A DNA stretch of 64,000 nucleotides, taken from Phycisphaerales bacterium. Lineage in GTDB: Bacteria; Planctomycetota; Phycisphaerae; Phycisphaerales; UBA1924. Position numbers and translations under genes: made by a program. Below the pieces are notes generated by a model. The model was not told the origin of the DNA. It saw only the letters and a program-made list of their open reading frames with translations, and did no database searches. Below, piece by piece: positions 28,631 to 37,227 of the stretch. The first letter of the stretch is position 1, and each line of letters begins with the position of its first letter. Location of the stretch: positions 20,833 to 84,832 of the forward strand of contig JBGAOZ010000019.1 in the NCBI GenBank assembly GCA_044221545.1, written 5' to 3'.

Positions 28631-29851
28631 TCAGCCCGACCCCGCCGGGCTCGCCGGCGCAGGGCCGAGTTCGGCGAGCAGATCCCTGGCGATCGCCAGC
28701 TGGTCGGCCTCGTGCAGCCCCGGCATCGCCTCTCCAAGCAGCGACCGTGCCCGGGGCGCCTGGTGCAGGTACCGCCCCGCGATCACCGCGAGCAGGAGGC
28801 GAATGTGCGCTGCCTCCCCGTCGCGCGGGAACGCCTCGAGGAACCTCTCGTACGCGGCGATCGCCGAGCTGTAGTCTGAGGTCTGGAAGAAATGGTTGGC
28901 CAGGTCGAGCTGCTGCCTGCGGCTCATGGTCGCCGCGCCGGGAACCAGCCCGTACTTCTCCAGCAGAGACCGGTACCTATCCGCGGCGGCGGCCGTGTCG
29001 GAGGCCGCGAGCAGCCGCGCGATCTCGGCGCGGGCCTCGGCGACCGGCCGCTGCATCTCCGAGATCGCCGGCTCGACCCCCTTGGGCAGGCCCTTGGGCG
29101 CGAAGGCGGTCTCGGCTCGGCCGACGTGTTCCCGGTACGCCTCGCGGATCTCCGCCCTTCGCCGCGCCTGCTTGACCATGTGGAACAGATCGAACGGCTC
29201 GCCCTTGAGCAGCCCGGTGCCCAGCAGGCCGAACGCCACCACCATCCCGTAGCCGTACCCGAACAGGTGCGCCCCGTACGCGATCTGGTCGGGCCGGTGC
29301 ATCACCGCGCCCAGGATGTTCAGGATCACCGACAGGGAGATGAACCACAGCGCCGACATGTGGATCACGCCCACCGTGAAGAACAGGAAGAACACCCGCA
29401 CCTGCGTCCGCGGGAACAGCACCATGTACGCCCCGGTTACCCCCGCGATCGCTCCTGAGGCGCCGATCGCCGGACCGTCGGAGACCAGGATGTGCCCGAA
29501 CCCCGACGCGATCGCCGCGATCAGGTAGAAGGCCAGGTACCCCAGCCGGCCCATGCGGTCCTCGACGTTGGGCCCGAAGACCCACAGGAACAGCATGTTC
29601 CCCAGCAGGTGCCACATGGACGTCATGTCGTGCAGGAACGCGTAGGTCACCAGCCGCCAGGGCTGCGAGAGGTCACGCGTGAGCATCCAGCGGTCGACGA
29701 TCCCGTCGGTCGCGGCCACACCCTGCTCGGTCCGCAGCGCGGCCACGGTGATCGCGCCGAACACGATGATGTTCGCGAGGATGAGCAGGTGATTGACGAC
29801 CGTCGGGCGAGCCAGCCCCCGGTCGGTGCCCAGAGGAATCACAGACAACAT
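28631..29851 (-). CDS. Rhomboid-family intramembrane serine protease with C-terminal TPR-like extension
   Basis: ATG at complement of 29849-29851 (MLSVIPLG...). WRLVTYAFLH is present, the catalytic Ser sits in GASGAIAG, and the His in AHLFGYGYG. The C-terminal roughly 170 aa are helical and TPR-like. Confidence 0.85.
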   Translation of the reverse strand: MLSVIPLGTDRGLARPTVVNHLLILANIIVFGAITVAALRTEQGVAATDGIVDRWMLTRDLSQPWRLVTYAFLHDMTSMWHLLGNMLFLWVFGPNVEDRMGRLGYLAFYLIAAIASGFGHILVSDGPAIGASGAIAGVTGAYMVLFPRTQVRVFFLFFTVGVIHMSALWFISLSVILNILGAVMHRPDQIAYGAHLFGYGYGMVVAFGLLGTGLLKGEPFDLFHMVKQARRRAEIREAYREHVGRAETAFAPKGLPKGVEPAISEMQRPVAEARAEIARLLAASDTAAAADRYRSLLEKYGLVPGAATMSRRQQLDLANHFFQTSDYSSAIAAYERFLEAFPRDGEAAHIRLLLAVIAGRYLHQAPRARSLLGEAMPGLHEADQLAIARDLLAELGPAPASPAGSG

Positions 29852-30269
29852 AATACGGGAGCGGCTCCCCGCGCGCGGATTCCGGGCCCGGCGATCACCA
29901 CGCGGAGACAGCGCCTCGGTTCCTCCAGTCTCCGGACCCGCGGAACCTCGGCCGCGAGGAGGTCCTGCCCGTCGCCCTTGGCGCACCCCTCCGGCCGGGC
30001 CTTCCGCCTGTTCTCCGAGACCGACCCATCGCACAGTGTTGTCGGCGGATGTGTGCAGCCACCCGCGGTCGCGTCCCCCGGTTCATTCTGCGTTGCCGCA
30101 GTGTTTCGCGCCGCGAGGGGGGTGCAATCCTGCACCGTTGGGTTCCCCCCGAGCATCCGGCTACACTCCCTTTCCCTATCTGGAAAAGGAGGTTGCGGGC
30201 GGGTGGCCCACGACGCTGCTTCTCCATCTCAATCCGGTGCCGGGGCCGATCGCTCAGGACGTTCCGACT

Positions 30270-31400
30270 ATGCCAAATTACTCCAAGGGTCTCGAAGGCG
30301 TGATCGCCGCCGAAACGAAGCTCTCCTTTATCGACGGCGAAAAGGGCGTGCTCGAATACCTGGGAATCCCCATCGGCGAACTGGCGAGCAACTCGAATTT
30401 TGAGGAGACCGTCTACCTCCTCTGGAACGGCCGGCTCCCCCGCAAAGATGAGCTTGAATCCTTCAACTCCGAGATCCGCCGCCGCTACGCCCTGGGCCCC
30501 GAGATCGCCAAGCTCCTCCAGCAGTTCCCCAAGACCGGCGAGCCGATGCACGTCATCCGCACCCTCGTCTCGGCCCTGGGCCTGTTCGACCCCAAGCCCA
30601 ACTTGATCGACCTGCCCTCCATCCGCGACAAGGCGATCACCATCCTCGCCCAGACCCCCACGCTCCTGGCCAACTTCCAGCACCTGCGCAAGGGCACCCC
30701 GATGGTCGCCCCCGATCCCACGCTCCCGCTCGCCGAGAACTTCCTCTACATGCTCAACGGCAAGCGCCCCACGCCCACCATGGCAAAGGCGCTCGACGTC
30801 TGCCTGGTCCTCCACACCGACCACGGCCTCAACAACTCGACCTTCTCCGCACGCTCGGTCATCTCCACCGAGAGCGATATCTACTCGGCGCTCACGGCGG
30901 CGATCGGCTCGCTCCGGGGCCCGCTCCACGGCGGCGCCAACGAGGGCGTGATGCGCATGCTCGGCCAGATCCCCACCGTGGACGCCGCCGAGGAGTTCAT
31001 CAAGCACAAGCTCGAGCACAAGGACAAGATCCCCGGCTTCGGCCACCGCGTCTACAAGAGCTACGACCCCCGCGCCAAGTATCTCAAGGTGCTCGCCAAG
31101 CAGCTCGCCGAGGACACCGGCAACAAGGACCTGTACGAGAAGAGCGCCCACATCGAGGCCGTCATGGAGCGCGAGAAGGCCGCCAAGGGCATCTACCCCA
31201 ACGTCGATTTCTACAGCGCCACCACCTACCACTGCATCGGCCTGCCCCTAGACCTCTTCACACCCATGTTCGTGGTCGGCCGCGTCGGCGGCTGGTCCGC
31301 CCACATCATCGAGCAGCTGGCCGACAACCGCCTCTACCGCCCCAGCGTCGACTACACCGGCCCGCACGATGTCCGCTACACGCCGATCGCCCAGCGCTGA
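30270..31400 (+). CDS. gltA: Citrate synthase (short, about 376-aa form)
   Basis: ATG 30270 gives MPNYSKGLEGVIAAETKLSFIDG. Motifs: HTDHGLNNSTF, GPLHGGANEGV, GFGHRVYKSYDPRA. The listed ORF starts upstream at 29793. Confidence 0.9.
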   Translation: MPNYSKGLEGVIAAETKLSFIDGEKGVLEYLGIPIGELASNSNFEETVYLLWNGRLPRKDELESFNSEIRRRYALGPEIAKLLQQFPKTGEPMHVIRTLVSALGLFDPKPNLIDLPSIRDKAITILAQTPTLLANFQHLRKGTPMVAPDPTLPLAENFLYMLNGKRPTPTMAKALDVCLVLHTDHGLNNSTFSARSVISTESDIYSALTAAIGSLRGPLHGGANEGVMRMLGQIPTVDAAEEFIKHKLEHKDKIPGFGHRVYKSYDPRAKYLKVLAKQLAEDTGNKDLYEKSAHIEAVMEREKAAKGIYPNVDFYSATTYHCIGLPLDLFTPMFVVGRVGGWSAHIIEQLADNRLYRPSVDYTGPHDVRYTPIAQR

Positions 31401-31427
31401 GAGCGTGTCCAGCTACCAATCTTGTGG

Positions 31428-31446
31428 AACAGGCGTCCCGCCTGTT
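31428..31446 (+). terminator. Candidate terminator hairpin after gltA
   Basis: 8-bp stem AACAGGCG/CGCCTGTT with a 3-nt loop, 28 nt past the stop. Short T-run (TTTG). Confidence 0.4.
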
Positions 31447-31540
31447 TGCCACACCCTCTGCTTCAGGCTCTGCGGCCTTCTCGGCTGATGATCTCAGCAG
31501 CGAGCTGGCATCGGATCCCGTGGCTCGCCCGCCTCCGCGA

Positions 31541-31945
31541 TCACGCCCCCGGATCCGGCGACCAGAACTCCACCAGGTTCCCATCCGGGTCGTAGCAGTA
31601 CCACGCCTCGGCGAGCATCCACTCGAGCCGCTGCGGTCCGTACAGCCTGACCCCCTTGGCCCCTAGCCCCGCGATGTACCCCGCCAGCTCCTCGCGCCCG
31701 ACCTCGAACGCGAAGTGCACCCGCCCGAACCGCTCCCCCGGCGGGTGCGGTGAGTGCTCCTCGAACAGGAGCGTCCCCTTGTGCACCGCCAGCCGCTGCC
31801 GACCCTCGGGCGCCCCCACCCAGAACCACGCCCACGCCTCCGTCTGCGGCCGCGCGGGCGCCAGCCCGATGACATCCCGGTAGAACGCCGCAGCGAGCGC
31901 AACATCGGAGACGACCAGGACGATCTCGGAGAGGCTGCGGATCAT
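31541..31945 (-). CDS. VOC-family (glyoxalase/bleomycin-resistance/dioxygenase) protein
   Basis: ATG 31945 gives MIRSLSEIVLVVSDVALAAAFYRDVIGL, then ...HFAFEV...YCYDPDGNLVEF, a typical VOC fold pattern. The listed ORF begins at GTG 31975. Confidence 0.75.
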   Translation of the reverse strand: MIRSLSEIVLVVSDVALAAAFYRDVIGLAPARPQTEAWAWFWVGAPEGRQRLAVHKGTLLFEEHSPHPPGERFGRVHFAFEVGREELAGYIAGLGAKGVRLYGPQRLEWMLAEAWYCYDPDGNLVEFWSPDPGA

Positions 31946-32041
31946 GTGCCGATTGTTGCGGTATGACCGAACCACGCGTCAGGATTCCGGACCCCGGGAA
32001 CGCCGGTCGAACTGAGACCGGATTCGCGCTGACGCGATCCG

Positions 32042-33781
32042 TTGCCACCTCCGACTCGTACCATTGAACACGTGTCCCAGAACCGCGACGATCCCGACCT
32101 CCCCAGGCCCGACGCCGAGGGCCTCCTCCCGGCCGATACCCCGCCCGCGTGGGGGACCGAATCCGACACCGCCCGGCTCGCCCGCCTCCTCAAGAAATCC
32201 CGCAACCTCCCCGACCTGCCCGGCGTCTACCTCATGAAAGATGCCAAGGGCATCGTCATCTACGTCGGCAAGGCCGCCCGCCTCCCCGACCGCGTCTCGA
32301 GCTACTTCGTCCCCTCCGCCGACCTGGGCTTCAAGAAGCAGCCCATGCTCGAGGTCGTCCACGACTTCGAGATCCTCACCTGCGAGGGCGAATGGGAAGC
32401 CCTGCTCACCGAAAACCGCCTCATCAAGGACATCAAGCCCCGCTTCAACGTCCGCCTCACCGATGACAAGACCTTCCCCTACCTCGTCATCACCCAGCGC
32501 GAGGATTTCCCCCGCGTCTTCGTCACCCGCAACCCCACCGGCCTCCAGGAGAACCGTTCGATCGCCCCCGAAATGAAGGGCGCCCGCATCTTCGGCCCCT
32601 TCGCCAGCGCCGGCGCCCTCCGCGAGGCAGTCGGGCTCCTCCAGCGCGTCTTCAAGTTCCGCACCTGCCGGCTCGACATCGTCGACGGTGATGACAAGAA
32701 CCGCTTTTTCCGTCCCTGCCTGCTCTACGCGATCAACCAGTGCACCGCCCCCTGCGCGGCCAAGATCTCCAAGGAGGCCTACGCCGCCGATGTCGACCAC
32801 TTCGTGCGCTTCCTGGGCACCAAGCGCACCACCGTCCTGAGCGAGATGCAGCGTGAGATGGAGCAGGCCTCCTCCGAGCTGAAGTTCGAGCGGGCCGCCG
32901 TCCTCCGCGACCAGATCCGAGCGATTGAGAAGCTCGACGAACGTGCCAGCCGCTCGGACGGCTGGCAGCCCGAGTCCGAGATCGCCTACGTCGACCCCCA
33001 AAAAGCGATCAAGTCCCTCCAGAAGACCCTCGGCCTCGATGAACCCATCCGCTGCATCGAGGGCATCGACATCGCCCACCTCCAGGGCGGCGAGACCGTC
33101 GGCAGCAAGGTCTGCTTCATCGATGGTCGCCCCTTCAAGAGCGAATATCGCCGCTACCGCATCCGCGCCGGCGCTGCGGGCCCGGTCCGCCACGATCCAT
33201 CCACGATCGCCACCGACCTTTCAAAGCCCACCACCGATTCGGGCGATCGCGGTGACCCCGGCGAGCCGATCGAATCGCCCGCCCCCGACGATGTAGGCCT
33301 GCAAGATCCAGCCCCAGACGATCCCGACACCTACGAGATCACCCCCATCCCCACCCCGATCGCCGAGGCCCTCAACGCCCCCTTCCTCCCCACGCTCGCC
33401 GGCCGCCCCCTCACCCCCCTCACCCCCCCGACCTCCATCAACGACGACTACAGCAGCATCCGCGAGGTGGTCAGCCGCCGCTACCGCGAGGCCGGCACCG
33501 GCCACGAGCTCTACCCCGATGTCATCCTCATCGATGGCGGCCTCGGCCAGCTCCACGCCGCCCTCGAAGCCTTCGAGCAGCTCGACATCAAGCCCCCCAT
33601 GGTCATCTCGCTCGCCAAGAAAGAAGAACTCATCTACATCCAGCGCAAGAGCGAACCCATCCGCCTCGGTCGCGACAACCTCGGCCTCAAACTCCTCCAG
33701 GCGATCCGCGACGAGGCCCACCGCTTCGCCCAGCACTACCACCACATCCTGCGGAGGAAGAAGACGCTGGAGGAGGAGTAA
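32042..33781 (+). CDS. uvrC: Excinuclease ABC subunit C with a Pro/Asp-rich insertion and no C-terminal (HhH)2 domain
   Basis: GIY-YIG motif (LPDLPGVYLMKDAKGIVIYVGKA). UVR motif (FERAAVLRDQIRAIEKL). RNase H-like endonuclease part (IEGIDIAHLQG...YRRYRI...NDDYSSIREVVSRRY...LIDGGLGQL...AIRDEAHRFA). Start uncertain: TTG 32042 or GTG 32072. Confidence 0.85.
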   Translation: MPPPTRTIEHVSQNRDDPDLPRPDAEGLLPADTPPAWGTESDTARLARLLKKSRNLPDLPGVYLMKDAKGIVIYVGKAARLPDRVSSYFVPSADLGFKKQPMLEVVHDFEILTCEGEWEALLTENRLIKDIKPRFNVRLTDDKTFPYLVITQREDFPRVFVTRNPTGLQENRSIAPEMKGARIFGPFASAGALREAVGLLQRVFKFRTCRLDIVDGDDKNRFFRPCLLYAINQCTAPCAAKISKEAYAADVDHFVRFLGTKRTTVLSEMQREMEQASSELKFERAAVLRDQIRAIEKLDERASRSDGWQPESEIAYVDPQKAIKSLQKTLGLDEPIRCIEGIDIAHLQGGETVGSKVCFIDGRPFKSEYRRYRIRAGAAGPVRHDPSTIATDLSKPTTDSGDRGDPGEPIESPAPDDVGLQDPAPDDPDTYEITPIPTPIAEALNAPFLPTLAGRPLTPLTPPTSINDDYSSIREVVSRRYREAGTGHELYPDVILIDGGLGQLHAALEAFEQLDIKPPMVISLAKKEELIYIQRKSEPIRLGRDNLGLKLLQAIRDEAHRFAQHYHHILRRKKTLEEE

Positions 33782-33784
33782 ACA

Positions 33785-34876
33785 ATGCCACAAGGCCCGG
33801 CGGAGGTCGCCGACGACCGGCCCAACGGCAAGGCCTCAAACGCCGGGTTTGCTCAGTCGTCATGGACGCTCAAGCGGACTCGGTGGCATTCATCCGCTTG
33901 GGGCCTGCTAGCTTGCACCGGCTTCGGCGTGATGTGTGGAATCCTCAGTCAGCATGATGAGCGCCCGCCGACCGTGTGGTTGTTCCCTTTGACGACGATG
34001 GTATTCGGGATCATCGGGGTCACCACGGAGTTGGCCGTGCCCGTGCACCGGGTGAGTGTGAACGGCCACGAACTGGTCTACCAGCGCGGTCTGGGAAAGC
34101 CATTTCGCATTTCACGTACCGACATCCGTGGCGTGGTCACTCGCCCCGATCGCATGCACACCAAGAGCATTCGACTGGGACTTCGCTCACGCATCTGCCC
34201 GCTTGGCCTGCCGATCTACCTGCTGGGTCCGTCACCCGATGCGATCCGCTCTGGGCTCGCCGCGATCCTCGGCGAATGCGAAGCGGTCTCCCAACTCGAG
34301 CCCGGATCGGCGCCGATGCTCCGCGCCCAACAGCACTTCGAAATCCAGGGCGGATTCGCCTGGAGCCGTCGTTGGACGCGGGTGATGCCAATCGTGGGCA
34401 CACTCTGCCTCCTGCTCAGGATCTCGATAGTGGCATCCTGGAGCTGGTGGCTCCCGATGTTCATCGGCATGTCCCGCCAGACCGATCGCTGGATCGGCGT
34501 GTACGCCCTTTGCGCGATGTACCCGGCCGGCGCGGCGGTCGCGCTGGCCGTACTCACGGTCCTCGACGCTTTCCGAGGTGGCGCTGTCGTCGGTCTCTCG
34601 GCCGATCGCGCAGGCTTCACCCTGCGCCGCAGGTGGCGTACCAGACGCCTTCCGGCCGAGTCGATCCGTATCGAGCCGTTCGTATCAAACAGGAAAGGAG
34701 CGCTCGGCGCCCAGGTATGGCGCGGACGGCGTCGATTCATGCGGCTCTACGAATCGCAGTGGACGCCCGGCAAAGACCAGATAGTCCCCGCCCTCCTCCT
34801 GCTCTTTGATCCCAAGCACTACCAAGATCCGCAGGCAAACGCCGCGCAACCCGCCGGCGCGCCCACCTCATCCTGA
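33785..34876 (+). CDS. Membrane protein with tandem (2 TM + PH-like) architecture, unknown function
   Basis: The ATG lies 3 nt after the uvrC stop, with GGAGGAGGAG upstream. Two pairs of TM helices are each followed by a short beta-rich segment (VSVNGHELVYQRGLGKPFRISRTDIRGVV and GLSADRAGFTLRRRWRTRRLPAESIRIEPF), reminiscent of bacterial PH (YdbS/YdbT-like) domains. Confidence 0.65.
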   Translation: MPQGPAEVADDRPNGKASNAGFAQSSWTLKRTRWHSSAWGLLACTGFGVMCGILSQHDERPPTVWLFPLTTMVFGIIGVTTELAVPVHRVSVNGHELVYQRGLGKPFRISRTDIRGVVTRPDRMHTKSIRLGLRSRICPLGLPIYLLGPSPDAIRSGLAAILGECEAVSQLEPGSAPMLRAQQHFEIQGGFAWSRRWTRVMPIVGTLCLLLRISIVASWSWWLPMFIGMSRQTDRWIGVYALCAMYPAGAAVALAVLTVLDAFRGGAVVGLSADRAGFTLRRRWRTRRLPAESIRIEPFVSNRKGALGAQVWRGRRRFMRLYESQWTPGKDQIVPALLLLFDPKHYQDPQANAAQPAGAPTSS

Positions 34877-34882
34877 TCACTC

Positions 34883-35629
34883 CTACCTGCGCCGCCGCAA
34901 CGCGCCAAGCATGCCCATCCCCGCGATCCCCACAACCCCCGGCGCCGGGATCGGCATGATGTCCAGCCCGTCGATGATGTCATCCGGCCAGAGCACGAAC
35001 CCGCCCAGCGGCGCGCCATCGGCCCCCAGGTGCGAGACCCGGCCGTCCGCGTGCCCGACGTACAGCGTGCCGTCCGCTCGATCGAACGCGATCCCGCACG
35101 GCCCCCCCCGCGGATCATCGAACGACCACAGCACTTGGCCCGACGCCGTCCTCTGCTGGATGCCCCAACCCGCGGGTCCATCTGTCGTCCAGATGTTCTG
35201 ACCATCCCACGCCACCCCGATGTGCGTGCCCGCCGTTGCGAACAGCGGTATCTCCAGTCCCGCCGCGGGGTCGATCTTCCAGACCGTCCCGTCCAGCGTT
35301 CCGGCGAGCAGCGAGTCGCCCGTGTACCCGCTCATGTCCCCGATCCATCCCCCGCCGACGCTCGCGGTGTAGCCGCCCAGCGGCGCGTTCGCCTCGTCGA
35401 CGTGCTCGAACACGTTGCTCCCGTCCGCCGGGTTGCAGATCCAGAGGTCCCCTCCCGTCATCACCGCCGCGCCGCTCGCGTGCCCGAGGTGCCCCCAGTC
35501 GTACACGTACTGCCCGTCCTGCGTCCACTCCTGCGCTGGGTGATTCCCCCCGAAGCCGATGATGAGATTCGAACCGGCCAGCGCCGGCGCACACGCTCCG
35601 AACACCACAAGTAATGCAGCGAGTTTCAT
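34883..35629 (-). CDS. Secreted beta-propeller-like protein with PEP-CTERM-like (P-A-P-G) tail
   Basis: ATG at complement of 35627-35629 with AGGAGA upstream. Signal peptide MKLAALLVVFGACAPALAG. Repeats include DGTVWKID, GIAFDRADGTLYVGH. Tail MPIPAPGVVGIAGMGMLGALRRRR. Confidence 0.8.
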   Translation of the reverse strand: MKLAALLVVFGACAPALAGSNLIIGFGGNHPAQEWTQDGQYVYDWGHLGHASGAAVMTGGDLWICNPADGSNVFEHVDEANAPLGGYTASVGGGWIGDMSGYTGDSLLAGTLDGTVWKIDPAAGLEIPLFATAGTHIGVAWDGQNIWTTDGPAGWGIQQRTASGQVLWSFDDPRGGPCGIAFDRADGTLYVGHADGRVSHLGADGAPLGGFVLWPDDIIDGLDIMPIPAPGVVGIAGMGMLGALRRRR

Positions 35630-35866
35630 GGAGATCTCCTTCGCGCTCGAGGTGGCTTCCGACGAGGCCCACGGCGACGGATCGCCGTGGAGACGTGCTG
35701 AGTCTTCACACGCCAAGCCCGACGGCACAGCAACCGCACCGCGCGAACGCGCCGATCAGGGAAACTTCCGCGCGCATCGTTGCGAACGAGTTGTGAACAA
35801 GACCCCGGGCAAGCCGCCCGCCGACCGAGCGATCGGGCTCTCCCGCGTGCCCGCCCCCGGCAGCCG

Positions 35867-36817
35867 CTAGGCGCGCTCCTTGGCCCCCAGCGGCGCCCTC
35901 TTGGGCTCCCCATCCCGCCGCGGATAGTCCTTCGGCGTCCCCGCGCGCTTCGTCAGGACCACGATCCGCCCAGTCGGCGTGTCGATCGTCCCCTCGTGCA
36001 CCGCCTTGAGCAGGTGCAGCGCCGTCGCCGCCTCCCCGAGTTCCTCAAGCGCCTTCTCTCCCTTCACCAGGAGCGCCCGCCCACCGATCTTCACGAACGG
36101 CAGCGCCAACTCCGCCAGTGTGTTCAGTCTCCCCACCGCGCGGGCCACCACCGCCTCGTACCGCTCACGATGCCCGCCCTGTCGCCCACCCGTCGGCTGC
36201 TTGACGCCGCGGTCATGCCCCGCCGTCTCCGCGCGCGCCTCGACCACCGTCACATTCTCAAGCCCCAGCGCCGCCACCACCGCCTTCAGGAACACCACCT
36301 TCTTCCCCGTCGCCTCCAGCAGCGTGAAAGAGAGCCGCGGGCAGCAGATCGCCAGCGGGATCCCCGGCAGCCCGCCCCCCGACCCCACATCCATCACCCG
36401 CGCCCCATCCGCCAGCTCCGCCAGCGCTGCGATCAGCGTCAGCGAATCCAGAATGTGACGTCGCCATCCCTCCTGGGGGTCCGTGATCGCCGTCAAATTC
36501 AGCACATCGTTCGCCGCCAGCAGCATCCCAAGGTATCGCCCGAGTTTTTCCACCTCACCCGGCTCAAACTCGATGCCGATGCTCCCCGCCTCCGCCAGCC
36601 ACGCCTCCGTCGGCGCCAGCGGACCGATCACCGCCAGGTCCGGCAGCGCCAGCGGCTCCCGCGGCGGCGGCGCCGGGCGATCCCGGTTCCTGGCCACCCG
36701 CGGCGGCGGCTTTGCCGCGGCCGGTCGCGTGATGATCGGCGGGCGCGGATCGCGCTGCCCGGGCTTGTTGCGCGTGGGGGCCTTGGCTCGTGGTCGCGGT
36801 CGTGGCATCGCACGCAT
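35867..36817 (-). CDS. rsmG: 16S rRNA (guanine527-N7)-methyltransferase RsmG with possible Pro/Arg-rich N-terminal extension
   Basis: NLTAITDPQEGWRRHILDSL, SAM motif VMDVGSGGGLPGIPLA, and LLEATGKKVVFL are present. ATG 36817 or 36808 would add about 65 residues rich in P/R/K; the true start may be further downstream. Confidence 0.8.
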   Translation of the reverse strand: MRAMPRPRPRAKAPTRNKPGQRDPRPPIITRPAAAKPPPRVARNRDRPAPPPREPLALPDLAVIGPLAPTEAWLAEAGSIGIEFEPGEVEKLGRYLGMLLAANDVLNLTAITDPQEGWRRHILDSLTLIAALAELADGARVMDVGSGGGLPGIPLAICCPRLSFTLLEATGKKVVFLKAVVAALGLENVTVVEARAETAGHDRGVKQPTGGRQGGHRERYEAVVARAVGRLNTLAELALPFVKIGGRALLVKGEKALEELGEAATALHLLKAVHEGTIDTPTGRIVVLTKRAGTPKDYPRRDGEPKRAPLGAKERA

Positions 36818-36904
36818 CGTTGACCCGCTCGGAGCGCATAGCAACGCCCGCGCCGGTATACTCCGCGCTGGCGCTGGGCGCCGACGTTCCCCGGGGGTCC
36901 GCAC

Positions 36905-37183
36905 ATGAACATCTTTCTCTGGGCGATTCTCTGGCTGGTCGCGATCCCGCTCGCGCTGGCGCTGGGTGTCGTGCTGCTGGTCCTGTCCTCGCGCATCCCC
37001 GCGGTGATCGGCAGGCTGCTGGGCGCCGCCCTGCTCCTCGCGCTGGCCGCGTCGGCCGGCTGGTACGGCTGGACCTGGGCCGACCACCTCCAGGGGCCCT
37101 TCGGGGGCCTCGTCCTTCTGCTCTCGGCGATCACCGCACTCGGCCTGCTCGTCGCCGCCATCTCGGCGCTCAGGTCCCGCTGA
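36905..37183 (+). CDS. Small membrane protein (3 predicted TM helices)
   Basis: 92-aa ATG ORF: MNIFLWAILWLVAIPLALALGVVLLVLSS...GGLVLLLSAITALGLLVAAISAL. Strong G/C third-position bias. It fills the gap between rsmG and rodA. Confidence 0.5.
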   Translation: MNIFLWAILWLVAIPLALALGVVLLVLSSRIPAVIGRLLGAALLLALAASAGWYGWTWADHLQGPFGGLVLLLSAITALGLLVAAISALRSR

Positions 37184-37227
37184 TCCCGCGATGCGCCCGC
37201 CTCCGGTCGGCCGTTCACCGGTCCTCC

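Noticed and set aside
26287-29175. 962-aa + strand ORF
   Set aside because: It lies antisense to the Kelch-repeat and rhomboid genes. It is a low-complexity Arg/Pro run, so it is a shadow.
35669-35690. Perfect 8-bp hairpin CCACGGCG-ACGGAT-CGCCGTGG between rsmG and the propeller gene
   Set aside because: It has no U-tract on either strand and lies 180 nt from the rsmG stop. It could be incidental in GC-rich DNA.
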